Shown: one piece after another, positions 15,259 to 24,783 of the stretch
Layout of the letters: every line of letters begins with the position of its first letter
How positions within the stretch are numbered: position 1 is the first letter of the stretch
From: a virus
DNA: 32,176 bases
UHGV virus genome: UHGV-1443735
Reading direction: 5' to 3' (one strand)
The notes under the pieces: model-generated
The model's input: only the letters and a program-made list of their open reading frames with translations
What the model was told of the DNA's origin: nothing
The model's database searches: none
Translations under genes and position numbers: made by a program

Positions 15259-15443
15259 ACGCCACAATTCAAACGATACCAGAGCTTCTTATCCAGACAC
15301 GAGGCAATCAGACCGAAGTGGCGAGGATGCTTTCCTGCGCAAGAGGAACAGTGCTCAAGTACAACCGAGACAGCAAAGGCGAGCGTCACGTAATAGTTAA
15401 CGGCGTCCTGATGGTCAAACAGGGCAAGAGGGGAAGACGATGA
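15255..15443 (+). CDS. ninH: NinH-like protein (62 aa)
   Basis: ...GNQTEVARMLSCARGTVLKY...IVNGVLMV resembles lambda NinH. Confidence 0.7.
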   Translation: MNATIQTIPELLIQTRGNQTEVARMLSCARGTVLKYNRDSKGERHVIVNGVLMVKQGKRGRR

Positions 15444-15928
15444 GCATAAGAGAAATAAACCTCACCAAAGAACAGCACGATTGGCTGAATGGCTGGCTTG
15501 AACTGTGGGGCGCATGGGTTTATTCAGGTCGTCTGGAAAAGCGCATGAGCAGCGTAATAGCGAAGTTCATGGAGAGCGTAGAGCCGGGAAGAGTTATGAC
15601 AAGGCCAATGTGTAATGATGATGATGGAATGTTGATTTCTCAGGTCGTCGATTCCGTCATGTGCATTGACAAGAAAGCCTTTGGAATCCTCCTCAGCTAC
15701 TACGCTCATGGCTCTTCCAAGCACGCCATTGCATCTTACTATCATCGCGTCGCAAGACCTCGCAAGATGTTATGCCGGGGCGGCGGGCGCATTCAAAAAC
15801 CATCGCTCGCAACCTGTCGCCGGGAAGTTGACGAAATCCTCAATGCCTCGTTGTTTATGATTTATCCGGTTCTGGATAGTGCGTTTAAAAACCGGAAACG
15901 TGTAGAGAAAATTAAACATGTAGCATAG
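15440..15928 (+). CDS. putative late-gene antiterminator, Q-like (162 aa)
   Basis: Last gene before the tR-prime-like terminator and lysis cassette; family assignment is from position and weak recall only. Confidence 0.5.
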   Translation: MSIREINLTKEQHDWLNGWLELWGAWVYSGRLEKRMSSVIAKFMESVEPGRVMTRPMCNDDDGMLISQVVDSVMCIDKKAFGILLSYYAHGSSKHAIASYYHRVARPRKMLCRGGGRIQKPSLATCRREVDEILNASLFMIYPVLDSAFKNRKRVEKIKHVA

Positions 15929-15972
15929 AACGTGTTGATATCATTGAGCAAATGAGCAACACTATTCGCATA

Positions 15973-16017
15973 AGCTGCCGTTAGTGACTCTTAAGTTGCA
16001 ACGGTGGCTTTTTTTTG
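15973..16017 (+). terminator. rho-independent terminator (tR-prime-like) shortly downstream of the Q-like gene
   Basis: 10-bp stem (two G-U pairs) with 17-nt loop, followed by a run of 8 T. Confidence 0.7.
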
Positions 16018-16267
16018 CTTGCACAACAGGTAAGAGCATTGAACCCGCAGACCTCGCGGAATTGGTGAAAGGTGCCGCGCAGTGCAATTATCGTTGTGGT
16101 GAATGCGCAGGCTGATGCGCTAACTTATCAGCTAGATGGTGAGGTAAAGGCTCACCATGGCGACGACGGGTAGTTCATTTACATGCCGGAAAACACAGCA
16201 CCGGTCACCACACACCAAATACATACCAGGACCATAAGAGCAAAAGCTCAACGCACTACCCTCTATT

Positions 16268-16292
16268 GCCCACCGCGCCGTGGGCTTTTTTA
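16268..16292 (+). terminator. second rho-independent terminator upstream of the holin gene
   Basis: Stem GCCCAC/GTGGGC with CGCGCC loop followed by TTTTTTATT. Confidence 0.7.
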
Positions 16293-16399
16293 TTGCAGGC
16301 CGCAGATATCATTTTCAGATGCCATGTAGCAATCAGAGTCTGACGGCCTTTCCCCTACAAACACACACAGCACCATCCGGAAAATCGGAGGTGAGGCCT

Positions 16400-16723
16400 A
16401 TGAAAATGCCATACAAACAAGATTTCATCGCTGCGCTACTTGCCGCCAAGGAGCAGGGTATTGGTGCAATGCTGGCTTTTATCATGGCGTATCTGCGTGG
16501 TCGCTATAACGGCGGCGCGGTAACAAAAACGCTAATTGATGCGCTGATGTGCGCGATGATTGCCTGGTTCGTTCGTGACCTTCTGGACTTTATCGGCCTG
16601 AGCAGCAACCTCGCCTACATAGCCAGCGTCTTTATTGGATACATCGGCACCGATTCGATCGGCAATCTTATTAAAAAACTTGCAGCAAAAAAGGCGGGAG
16701 TTGACGATGCAAACCAGTCCTGA
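16400..16723 (+). CDS. S: holin S, lambda type, with dual-start motif (107 aa)
   Basis: [39 protein letters not shown]... closely matches lambda S, including the Met1-Lys2-Met3 dual start; the ORF-track start at 16280 is an extension. Confidence 0.9.
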   Translation: MKMPYKQDFIAALLAAKEQGIGAMLAFIMAYLRGRYNGGAVTKTLIDALMCAMIAWFVRDLLDFIGLSSNLAYIASVFIGYIGTDSIGNLIKKLAAKKAGVDDANQS

Positions 16724-17156
16724 CGGAATTGCTCTGATAAAAAAATTTGAAGGTTGTCGGCTGACTGCTTACCCCGACCCCGGAACGGGAGATGCGCCGT
16801 GGACCATCGGCTATGGCTGGACCCATCCGGTTGACGGAAAGCCAGTAAAGCGCGGTATGACTATCGACCAGCAAACCGCTGACAGGCTTCTGAAAACAGG
16901 GCTTGTTGGTTATGAGAATGACGTGCTGAAAGTTGTCAGGGTGAAGCTGACACAAGGCCAGTTCGACGCACTGGTGTCGTTCGCTTACAACGTTGGGTCG
17001 CGTGCTCTTTCCACATCTACACTGCTGAAAAAGCTGAATGCTGGCGATATAAAAGGCGCGGCAGATGAATTTCTGCGCTGGAATAAATCAGGCGGAAAGG
17101 TGATGCCGGGGCTCACGAATCGCCGCAAGGCAGAGCGAGCTCTGTTCCTGTCATGA
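16707..17156 (+). CDS. R: endolysin, phage lysozyme (GH24, T4/P22 gp19 type) (149 aa)
   Basis: ...[31 protein letters not shown]... lysozyme motif; ATG at 16707 with GGCGGGAG RBS overlapping the holin 3-prime end. Confidence 0.88.
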   Translation: MQTSPDGIALIKKFEGCRLTAYPDPGTGDAPWTIGYGWTHPVDGKPVKRGMTIDQQTADRLLKTGLVGYENDVLKVVRVKLTQGQFDALVSFAYNVGSRALSTSTLLKKLNAGDIKGAADEFLRWNKSGGKVMPGLTNRRKAERALFLS

Positions 17157-17620
17157 TTAGCGCACTGGTTAAGCGTTACTGGCTGCAGTTGCTGGTGCTG
17201 GCGTTAATCGGCGCACTGGCTTTCTTCGTGAACCACTACCGCGACAACGCCATCACTTACAGAGACCAGCGCGATAAGGCCACTGAGAAACTCCTCCTGG
17301 CGACCGCCACCATTAAAGACATGCAGACCCGCCAGCGTGATGTCGCTGCACTGGATGCCAAATACACCGGAGAACTGGCTGATGCGAAAGAAACCATTGA
17401 GCGTCTGCATAGCGATGTCATTGCTGGCCGTAAGCGGCTGCAAGTCGCCGCCACCTGTGCAAAGTCAACGACCGGAGCCAGCAGCATGGGCGATGGAGAA
17501 AGCCCAAGACTTACAGCAGATGCTGAACTCAATTATTACCGTCTACGAAGTGGAATCGACAGGATAACCGCGCAGGTTAACTACCTGCAGGAGTACATCA
17601 GGACGCAATGCCTGAAATAA
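17153..17620 (+). CDS. Rz: i-spanin Rz (155 aa)
   Basis: ...[22 protein letters not shown]...[20 protein letters not shown] closely matches lambda Rz. Confidence 0.88.
   Translation: MISALVKRYWLQLLVLALIGALAFFVNHYRDNAITYRDQRDKATEKLLLATATIKDMQTRQRDVAALDAKYTGELADAKETIERLHSDVIAGRKRLQVAATCAKSTTGASSMGDGESPRLTADAELNYYRLRSGIDRITAQVNYLQEYIRTQCLK
17382..17567 (+). CDS. Rz1: o-spanin Rz1 (lipoprotein), embedded in Rz in the +1 frame (61 aa)
   Basis: [20 protein letters not shown] has a signal peptide and lipobox (LAVSGC), followed by a Pro-rich segment; lies wholly within Rz. Confidence 0.75.
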   Translation: MRKKPLSVCIAMSLLAVSGCKSPPPVQSQRPEPAAWAMEKAQDLQQMLNSIITVYEVESTG

Positions 17621-17651
17621 TTTTTTTGCAAATCACAAAGTCCATTTAATG

Positions 17652-17676
17652 AGCCTCGCGATGCGGGGCTTTTTGC
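17652..17676 (+). terminator. rho-independent terminator after the lysis cassette (first of two)
   Basis: 8-bp stem (one G-U pair) followed by TTTTTG. Confidence 0.55.
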
Positions 17677-17681
17677 AATAA

Positions 17682-17706
17682 ATGCGTACCGCAACGCATG
17701 TTTTTT
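17682..17706 (+). terminator. rho-independent terminator after the lysis cassette (second of two)
   Basis: Stem ATGCGT/ACGCAT with 6-nt loop followed by a run of 6 T. Confidence 0.65.
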
Positions 17707-17821
17707 ACACCGAACCTGCCCCTTTGGAATGGGCCTTTGAGGATACCAGTTAGTGCTGGCGAGCCTCGGTGGGCTGGTTTCCTGTGCGGCAAAGGTTCAT
17801 TTCAAAGAGTAGGTACACGCT

Positions 17822-18319
17822 ATGAAATCATTAACCCTCTTCAATCAACCAATTCGTATCGGTGAAGATGGCATGATCTGCCTCACTGATATGTGGAAAG
17901 CCAGTGGTAAAAGTGAATCTGAATCGCCTTACCACTACCTGCGAAACAAGCAGACCAAAGAGTTCTTAGCCGAGTTGGAGAAAAACCACGAATCTGTGGT
18001 TTTTACTGAGCGCGGTGTACACGGTGGAACATATGGCGGGAAGTTTGTTGCTTACGATTATGCGGCTTGGTTAAACCCCGGGTTCAAGTACGCGGCCTAT
18101 AAAGTCCTCGATGACTACTTCACCGGAGAACTTCAGCATCGCAACAGCTTAAGTGCGCAGCTCAACATGAAATGTCATGAGTTTGACCAGAAGAAAGACA
18201 TGGCGAGCTTCTGCGGACAAGGGCTGGCAGCATGGCGCTATACGAAGCCAGTGTTGGTCGCTGAGATTAACTCCCTGGCTAACCAGCTGCAGATTACGAT
18301 CCCCGGGCTTCCGGGATGA
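17822..18319 (+). CDS. KilA-N domain protein (165 aa)
   Basis: N-terminal region (...IRIGEDGMICLTDMWKASGKSE...EFLAELEKN...YAAWLNPGFKYAAYKVLDDYF) resembles the KilA-N/APSES-type DNA-binding domain. Confidence 0.6.
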   Translation: MKSLTLFNQPIRIGEDGMICLTDMWKASGKSESESPYHYLRNKQTKEFLAELEKNHESVVFTERGVHGGTYGGKFVAYDYAAWLNPGFKYAAYKVLDDYFTGELQHRNSLSAQLNMKCHEFDQKKDMASFCGQGLAAWRYTKPVLVAEINSLANQLQITIPGLPG

Positions 18320-18585
18320 GTGATCGTGTCATTGAATGCGCCTCCAGAGCGGGGCGCGACTTCTCAGAGTTCATGAAAGGCGAGAAGGGCATGATGGAAG
18401 CATTGGCCTCGGTGGATGAGTTTGGCGAGCAGCTGCGCCTCAACGGCTGTGTCAATCATCACTTTGTTAGCTACATGATGCGGAACTCGATCATGCAGGC
18501 ATTCATGGACATGGCAAAAGCCGAGAGGAAAGAAGAGCGCCGGCGTAAGCGAGCGGAAGCAAAAGCAAAAGCAAAAGTGAAGTAG
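18316..18585 (+). CDS. hypothetical protein (89 aa), basic C-terminal tail
   Basis: ATGA overlap with the KilA-N gene; Lys/Arg-rich C-terminus. Confidence 0.5.
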   Translation: MSDRVIECASRAGRDFSEFMKGEKGMMEALASVDEFGEQLRLNGCVNHHFVSYMMRNSIMQAFMDMAKAERKEERRRKRAEAKAKAKVK

Positions 18586-18879
18586 CCATTACAAAGCCTA
18601 TCTACGGATGGGCTTGATAATGAAACCAAAATTTATTCTTGGCAACCAGTTACGGCAGTACCACGAAGCAACCCAAGCCAGTAAGTGGGGAAATAACACT
18701 GGCAGCCACTGAAAGATGAACCTCCTGCCTTATGGCAAAAAAGATTATTTGTGGTGGCGGACTGATGGAAAGACATCGGTTATTGCAGAGACCATTCAAT
18801 GAGTGGTCTCGACAATGGCTTATACCCTACACGGGATAACTTAACTGATATCCCTTTTAACGGATAAACGGAGCCAACA

Positions 18880-19122
18880 ATGGCAGAGATTATTCCCATG
18901 ACTGAAGAACAGAAATTCCAGTTAGAGATTTACAAGCTGGTCATGAACCAGAACGCAGCCGCAGAAGAAGCATTTCAATTCATTGGCACTGACGAACTGA
19001 AGCTTGAGCTATTTAAAATTCACTTCCAGTCAGGTGGCGCTAATTCAGATATCACGACCCGAACTATCGAAGCGGTGCGTAAATCGAGGGAAGCGTTAGA
19101 CCTGTTCACCACCGGAGCATGA
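18880..19122 (+). CDS. hypothetical protein (80 aa), translationally coupled to the HslV-like gene
   Basis: ATG with ACGGAG RBS; stop lies 1 nt before the start of the downstream gene. Confidence 0.55.
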   Translation: MAEIIPMTEEQKFQLEIYKLVMNQNAAAEEAFQFIGTDELKLELFKIHFQSGGANSDITTRTIEAVRKSREALDLFTTGA

Positions 19123-19123
19123 T

Positions 19124-19612
19124 ATGACCACTATTGCATGGGATGGAAAGACCCTGGCATCTGACACCCAGGCATCATCTGGTGATGTTGTGTGTTCGTA
19201 TACAGAACAAAAGATTTACACACCGCCAGAATCTGGGTGGGAGGTTTGCGGCAGTAAAGTGGTTGCATTAGGTTGTTCTGGTGATTGCGGCGCGGAGATG
19301 GAATTGCAGGAACTGCTTAAGAACAACCTGACGTATGCATCAGAATTTCTCCCGACATTCTCTTTCACCGCGCTTGCTATCATCGGTGCTGGTCGTGCTT
19401 ACATCATCTCAAAAGAGAAAGGCGAAACGCGGGCGAGTATTTCGCGACAGGTTGAACCGTATGCCATTGGTAGTGGTTGGCTGATTGCTCGCACAGCCAT
19501 GCACTGCGGCAAAAATGCGAGAGAAGCGGTACAAGTCGCAATTGATATTGACTGCTATTCCGGCGGCAGCGTTGATTCGTTCCCCGCTGGGAAGCAAACA
19601 GAAGGGAAATAA
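19124..19612 (+). CDS. HslV/proteasome-like Ntn-hydrolase family protein (162 aa)
   Basis: After Met removal the N-terminus is TTIAW... (Thr nucleophile). Segments align by eye to E. coli HslV: SDTQASSG vs GDGQATLG, a Lys near position 30, [10 protein letters not shown] vs AGFAGGTADA, and AIGSG vs AIGSG. Confidence 0.6.
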   Translation: MTTIAWDGKTLASDTQASSGDVVCSYTEQKIYTPPESGWEVCGSKVVALGCSGDCGAEMELQELLKNNLTYASEFLPTFSFTALAIIGAGRAYIISKEKGETRASISRQVEPYAIGSGWLIARTAMHCGKNAREAVQVAIDIDCYSGGSVDSFPAGKQTEGK

Positions 19613-19617
19613 TCAAT

Positions 19618-20106
19618 ATGGCAGCACCAAAGGGCAACCGATTTTGGGAGGCCCGCAGTAGTCATGGGCGAAATCCTAAATTCGAATCGCCTGAGGCGCT
19701 GTGGGCTGCTTGTTGTGAATACTTCGAGTGGGCTGATGATAACCCACTATGGGAGGGTAAGGTATTTTCATATCAGGGAGAAATAATTAAGGCTAATGTC
19801 CCTAAGATGCGAGCCATGACTATTTCAGGATTGTGTACCTTCCTTGATATCACCAGGCAAACGTGGGGAACCTTCCGGTCAATGGAAGGTTTTTCTGACG
19901 TCACATCACGAGCGGAAGACATCATCTACGACCAGAAATTCTCTGGCGCAGCCGCTGACCTTCTCAACGCTAACATCATCGCCCGTGATTTGGGCCTCAA
20001 AGAGCAGTCGCAAGTTGAAGACGTGACACCTGATAAGGGAGATCGCGATAAGCGGCGCTCTCGTATCAAGGAGCTATTCAACCGTGGAACTGGACGCGAT
20101 TCTTGA
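19618..20106 (+). CDS. terminase small subunit (P22 gp3-like) (162 aa)
   Basis: [38 protein letters not shown]... matches my recollection of P22 gp3; directly upstream of the large subunit. Confidence 0.85.
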   Translation: MAAPKGNRFWEARSSHGRNPKFESPEALWAACCEYFEWADDNPLWEGKVFSYQGEIIKANVPKMRAMTISGLCTFLDITRQTWGTFRSMEGFSDVTSRAEDIIYDQKFSGAAADLLNANIIARDLGLKEQSQVEDVTPDKGDRDKRRSRIKELFNRGTGRDS

Positions 20107-21580
20107 TAACCTGAGCGACGAAGAGCAAATCGAGTTGCTCGAGCTACTCGAAGAAGAAGAGAACTACCGGAACACACACCTGCTATATGAATTTACGCCA
20201 TACAGCAAACAGCGTGAGTTCATCGACGCCGGACATGACTATCCAGAGCGCTGTTTTATGGCTGGTAACCAGCTTGGTAAGTCATTTACTGGTGCTGCTG
20301 AAGTCGCGTTTCACCTTACCGGGCGTTATCCGGGCACAAAAGGCTATCCTGCTGATGGTAAATATGGCGGTGAGTGGAAAGGTAAGCGTTTCTATGAGCC
20401 TGTTGTCTTCTGGATTGGCGGCGAGACAAACGAGACGGTAACCAAAACGACTCAACGCATCCTGTGCGGTCGTATTGAAGAGAATGATGAGCCGGGCTAC
20501 GGTTCAATACCGAAAGAGGACATCATTAGCTGGAAGAAGTCTCCTTTCTTTCCGAACCTTGTTGATCATCTTCTGGTTAAGCATCACACGACTGATGGCG
20601 TTGAAGATGGCATTTCAATCTGCTACTTCAAACCATACTCGCAAGGCCGCGCTCGCTGGCAGGGTGACACAATCCACGGCGTGTGGTTTGACGAAGAGCC
20701 ACCATACAGCATTTATGGCGAAGGTCTTACCCGTACCAACAAATACGGGCAATTCTCAATTCTGACGTTTTCCCCGCTGATGGGGATGTCTGACGTTGTT
20801 ACCAAGTTCCTGAAGAATCCCAGCAAGTCGCAGAAAGTGGTCAACATGACCATCTATGACGCTGAGCACTATACCGACGAGCAGAAAGAGCAAATCATCG
20901 CATCCTATCCTGAGCATGAGAGAGAGGCGCGTGCTCGCGGTATTCCTACGATGGGTAGTGGTCGAATCTTCCAGATACCGGAAGAGACTATTAAGTGTCA
21001 GCCGTTCGAGTGTCCTGATCACTTCTACGTCATCAATGCAATGGACTTCGGATGGGATCACCCACAGGCACACATCCAGCTTTGGTGGGATAAAGACGAG
21101 GACGTGATTTATCTTTCTCGCGTCTGGAAGGCCAAACAGAAGAAGGCGACAGAGGCATGGAGTGCTGTTAAAGCATGGAGCAAAAACACCCCTACGGCTT
21201 GGCCTCATGACGGGCATCAGCACGAAAAGGGAGGCGGCGCTCAGCTCAAGGAACAATACGCCGACGCTGGGTTCGATATGTTGCCAGATCATGCAACATG
21301 GCCTGATGGAGGTAATGCGGTCGAACCCGGGATAGCAGAGATACGCGACATGATGCTCGACGGTCGTTTCAAGGTATTTAACACCTGCGAGCCATTCTTT
21401 GAAGAGTTTCGCCTGTATCACCGCGATGAGAACGGGAAGATCGTCAAGCTAAATGACGACATCCTTTCTGCTGTTCGCTATGGCTACATGATGAGGCGTT
21501 TTGCAATACAGATGCGAGACATCAAAGATCCTAAAGAGATTGATTACTCAAGCTACAACATACCTTGCGGAGTTGGATGA
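20084..21580 (+). CDS. terminase large subunit (P22 gp2-like) (498 aa)
   Basis: Large ORF after the small subunit, with conserved ATPase and nuclease regions; GTG start overlapping the small-subunit 3-prime end. Confidence 0.88.
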   Translation: MELDAILDNLSDEEQIELLELLEEEENYRNTHLLYEFTPYSKQREFIDAGHDYPERCFMAGNQLGKSFTGAAEVAFHLTGRYPGTKGYPADGKYGGEWKGKRFYEPVVFWIGGETNETVTKTTQRILCGRIEENDEPGYGSIPKEDIISWKKSPFFPNLVDHLLVKHHTTDGVEDGISICYFKPYSQGRARWQGDTIHGVWFDEEPPYSIYGEGLTRTNKYGQFSILTFSPLMGMSDVVTKFLKNPSKSQKVVNMTIYDAEHYTDEQKEQIIASYPEHEREARARGIPTMGSGRIFQIPEETIKCQPFECPDHFYVINAMDFGWDHPQAHIQLWWDKDEDVIYLSRVWKAKQKKATEAWSAVKAWSKNTPTAWPHDGHQHEKGGGAQLKEQYADAGFDMLPDHATWPDGGNAVEPGIAEIRDMMLDGRFKVFNTCEPFFEEFRLYHRDENGKIVKLNDDILSAVRYGYMMRRFAIQMRDIKDPKEIDYSSYNIPCGVG

Positions 21581-23781
21581 TGGCTGATGATAGAAAGATG
21601 ACTGACTGGCATCGCAAGGTGCTGTGCAACTTTGATAATGCCTGGTCAGCAACGCAGGATATGCGTGAGCAGATTATTGAGGCTCAACGTTTCGTCCGGG
21701 TGTCCGGCGCACAGTGGGAAGGCAGCACAAACGCTGGTTACTCATTTGATGAAGGCAGGTTCGAGCATTATCCGCGTTTTGAATTGAATAAGATTGCCCG
21801 TGAATGTGATCGCATCATTGGCGAGTATCGACAGAATCGCATCAGCGTTAAATTCAGGCCGAAGGACGATAAGGCATCGGAAGCGTTAGCCGAAAAGATG
21901 AACGGCAAATTCCGCGCTGACTATCAGGAAACATCCGGTGGCGAAGCGTGTGATAACGCATTTGATGATGCTGTAACGGGCGGATTCGGTTGTTTCCGCA
22001 TGTGTGCCGATTACGAAGATGAAATGGACCCAAGTAACGAGCAGCGACGCATCAGCCTTCTTCCTGTTTACGACCCAGCGACATGCGTCTTCTTCGATCA
22101 GGACAGCAAGCAATATGACCGCTCTGATGCTATGTGGGCTATGGAAATGTTCTCCATGACGCCTAAAGCGTTCGAAGCTGAATACCCTGATTCCATCGCT
22201 GCAAGTCTTTCTCGTGATGACACTGGCACTCAATATGACTGGTCAACTCCTGATGCTATCTATGTTGGTCGCTACTATGAAGTCCGCATAGAGAAGGTGA
22301 AGCTCACGGCGTGGCGCAACCCTGTTAGCGGAGAAACGGCAATCTATGATGAAGAGCAAATCAAAGATATTGTCGACGAGCTAACCGATGGCGCATTCGA
22401 ACTGATTGGTGAGCGAACTGTGAAGAAACGCCGCGTTTATTGCGGCCTTCTGTCTGGCGCTGAATGGCTGGAAGAACCGAAGCGTATTCCGGGCGAACAT
22501 ATTCCACTCATCCCGGTATATGGGCGTCGCTCATTTGTTGATAATCAGGAGCGAATCGAAGGCCACGCAGCAAAAGCGATGGATGCACAGCGTCTTGAGA
22601 ACCTGATGGTTTCCATGATTGCAGATAACGCTACTCAGGCTGGCGGTGATGGCATTCCTGTAGTTGATGTTGACATGATTCCTGGTCCTCTCGCCAATCA
22701 TTGGGCGGAGCGCAACAAAAAGCGCCCGGCGTTCCTGCCGATGGTCAGTCTGAAAAACAAAAACGGAGATATTACTGCGCAGGCTCAGGTCAGCAGTTAT
22801 ACGCCTCCGACACAAATGCCGCCAGCTCTTGCCGGGCTATTGCAGTACACCGGAACGGCTATTCAGCAAATTACAGGTGCGTCGCAGCTTGAGAACATGC
22901 CGAGCAACGTCGCCACCGATACCGTTGATAGCATCTTTAACCGGATGGACACGCAGTCCTATATCTACATGGACAACATGGCTAAATCCATGCGCCGCGC
23001 TGGCGTTGTGTGGCTTTCTATGGCGCGTGAGGTCTATGGCAGCGATACGCCAATGCGCATCGTTAATGAGGACGGCAGCGATGACGTGGCGCTGATGACT
23101 GGTGAAGTGATTGACCGTCAGACAGGGCAGGTTATCGCGCTTAACGACCTTTCGCAGGGTAACTATGAAGTGACTGTCGATGTTGGTCAGTCGTTCGCTA
23201 CTCGCCGTGATGCAACGGTTAAGTCGTTACTTTCCATGCTGGCACTTATCCCACCAGGAACGCCGAAGCACGACCTTGTATCGTCGATGATTCTCGACAA
23301 TATGGACGGCGAAGGGATGGACGACCTGAAAGAATACAACCGCAATCAGTTGCTTCTGTCTGGCGTTATCAAGCCGAGAACGCCAGAAGAACAGCAAATG
23401 GTTGAGCAGGCGAAACAACAACAGGCCAGTCAGCCAGATCCGGCTATGGTTGCAGCGCAAGGTCAGCTTCTTGCTGGTCAGGCTGAATTGCAGAAAGCGC
23501 AGAACGAACAGGCAGCCATTCAGGTTAAAGCATTCCAGGCACAGACTGATGCTCAGGTTGCAGCGGCAAATGTTGTGAAAATCCTCGCATCTGCCGATAG
23601 CCAGCAGAAATCTGATATCCGCGAGGCTCTGAAACTGCTCGGACAGTTCCAGCAACAGCAAGGAGACAATGCCCGTGCTGATGCAGAGCTTGTCCTGAAA
23701 AGTCAGGCACAGGGCCATGCGCAGCGCATGGACATCAGCAGCATCCTGCAAAAATCAACTCAGCAACAACCACAGCAGTAA
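21577..23781 (+). CDS. portal protein (P22 gp1 family, divergent) (about 734 aa)
   Basis: Size, position and Gln/Ala-rich C-terminal barrel region fit P22-like portals; start refined to ATG at 21577 (GCGGAG RBS), since the ORF-track start is a TTG. Confidence 0.85.
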   Translation: MMADDRKMTDWHRKVLCNFDNAWSATQDMREQIIEAQRFVRVSGAQWEGSTNAGYSFDEGRFEHYPRFELNKIARECDRIIGEYRQNRISVKFRPKDDKASEALAEKMNGKFRADYQETSGGEACDNAFDDAVTGGFGCFRMCADYEDEMDPSNEQRRISLLPVYDPATCVFFDQDSKQYDRSDAMWAMEMFSMTPKAFEAEYPDSIAASLSRDDTGTQYDWSTPDAIYVGRYYEVRIEKVKLTAWRNPVSGETAIYDEEQIKDIVDELTDGAFELIGERTVKKRRVYCGLLSGAEWLEEPKRIPGEHIPLIPVYGRRSFVDNQERIEGHAAKAMDAQRLENLMVSMIADNATQAGGDGIPVVDVDMIPGPLANHWAERNKKRPAFLPMVSLKNKNGDITAQAQVSSYTPPTQMPPALAGLLQYTGTAIQQITGASQLENMPSNVATDTVDSIFNRMDTQSYIYMDNMAKSMRRAGVVWLSMAREVYGSDTPMRIVNEDGSDDVALMTGEVIDRQTGQVIALNDLSQGNYEVTVDVGQSFATRRDATVKSLLSMLALIPPGTPKHDLVSSMILDNMDGEGMDDLKEYNRNQLLLSGVIKPRTPEEQQMVEQAKQQQASQPDPAMVAAQGQLLAGQAELQKAQNEQAAIQVKAFQAQTDAQVAAANVVKILASADSQQKSDIREALKLLGQFQQQQGDNARADAELVLKSQAQGHAQRMDISSILQKSTQQQPQQ

Positions 23782-23871
23782 TTAACCCATAACGTGCAAT
23801 GGCTGTCTTTATGAGGCCTGGCACCCTATTGCCTTCCGATGGGCTGAACATCGAGTAAACAGGGGTAACAA

Positions 23872-24765
23872 ATGGACCAGATGGCAGAAAACACACCAGA
23901 AGTTGAAATCGAACCCGACGCGTCAGAGCAGATTCCTGATGATGTCGAACTGGCTGAAGAAGTCGAAAAAGCAGATGGCAGTGAGTCCTCAGGAAATGAT
24001 GCAGAGGAAGCTACTGACACTGATGACGACGAATCAGAACAGGAATTCTACTTTGGTGACGAAAAGCTGGATTCGCCAACCAGCGAAGATGGCGCAGAGC
24101 ATGGACTGGTAAAACACCTGCGCAAGACGATTAAAGAGAAAGACCGCGAGCTGAAAGAGCTGATGCGTCAGTCTCAGAAACCCGTCGAGCAGCAGCCGGT
24201 AATCACTCAACCACCGCGAATGCCAAAACTGGATGATGAGGACATCGGTTTCGATGAAGAAATCTACCAGCAACGCATGGCTAAGTGGGCAGAGGATAAC
24301 GGCAAGTACCAGCAACAGGAGATGGCTCGCAAGCAGAAGGAGCAGGAGCTTCAGGCTGCCTATCAAGAGCGATTATCCAAATATCAGCAACGTGTTAAGG
24401 CTCTCAAAGTTCCTGGCTATCAGGAAGCTGAGCAGGCCGTACTCGAGGAAATCCCCATCGAGACACAAAACGCGATCCTGTTTGAGTCAGAGAAGCCGGA
24501 AATCGTTGTTCTGGCACTCGGTCGCAACGCTGAACTGCGCAAGCAACTGGCAGAAGCTACCAACCCCGTAGCAATTGGTCGTCTGCTGGAACGTATCGAA
24601 TCGAAGGCCAGAATCATGCCAAAAGCAAAAACCACGGCAGCCACAACCCCGACAGTTAAGGGGAGCAACGGCGCAGTAATCAACAACCTCGACAAATTGA
24701 AAGCCAAGGCGCTGGAAACTGGTGACTGGACGCCGTATTTCGCCGCTAAAAAGGCAAAAAAATAA
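23872..24765 (+). CDS. scaffolding protein (P22 gp8-like) (297 aa)
   Basis: Acidic N-terminus, coiled-coil middle and basic C-terminus (...KAKALETGDWTPYFAAKKAKK); located between portal and coat. Confidence 0.8.
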   Translation: MDQMAENTPEVEIEPDASEQIPDDVELAEEVEKADGSESSGNDAEEATDTDDDESEQEFYFGDEKLDSPTSEDGAEHGLVKHLRKTIKEKDRELKELMRQSQKPVEQQPVITQPPRMPKLDDEDIGFDEEIYQQRMAKWAEDNGKYQQQEMARKQKEQELQAAYQERLSKYQQRVKALKVPGYQEAEQAVLEEIPIETQNAILFESEKPEIVVLALGRNAELRKQLAEATNPVAIGRLLERIESKARIMPKAKTTAATTPTVKGSNGAVINNLDKLKAKALETGDWTPYFAAKKAKK

Positions 24766-24783
24766 CCTATCGGAGCATTAAGC

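Noticed and set aside
16030-16265. Possible tRNA in the spacer between the Q-like gene and the holin
   Set aside because: No T-loop (GTTCGA-type) motif or acceptor-stem pairing was found; left as an unassigned spacer rather than an RNA gene.
16280-16399. Upstream extension of the holin (ORF-track start at 16280)
   Set aside because: The lambda-type dual-start MKM motif with its RBS is at 16400; the extension overlaps the terminator.
20756-21421. 221-aa minus-strand ORF inside the terminase large-subunit gene
   Set aside because: Antisense to a well-supported conserved gene; opposite-strand ORFs of this kind are common in long genes.
23227-23751. 174-aa minus-strand ORF inside the portal gene
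   Set aside because: Antisense to the portal gene, no RBS, Leu/Cys-rich composition typical of spurious reverse frames.
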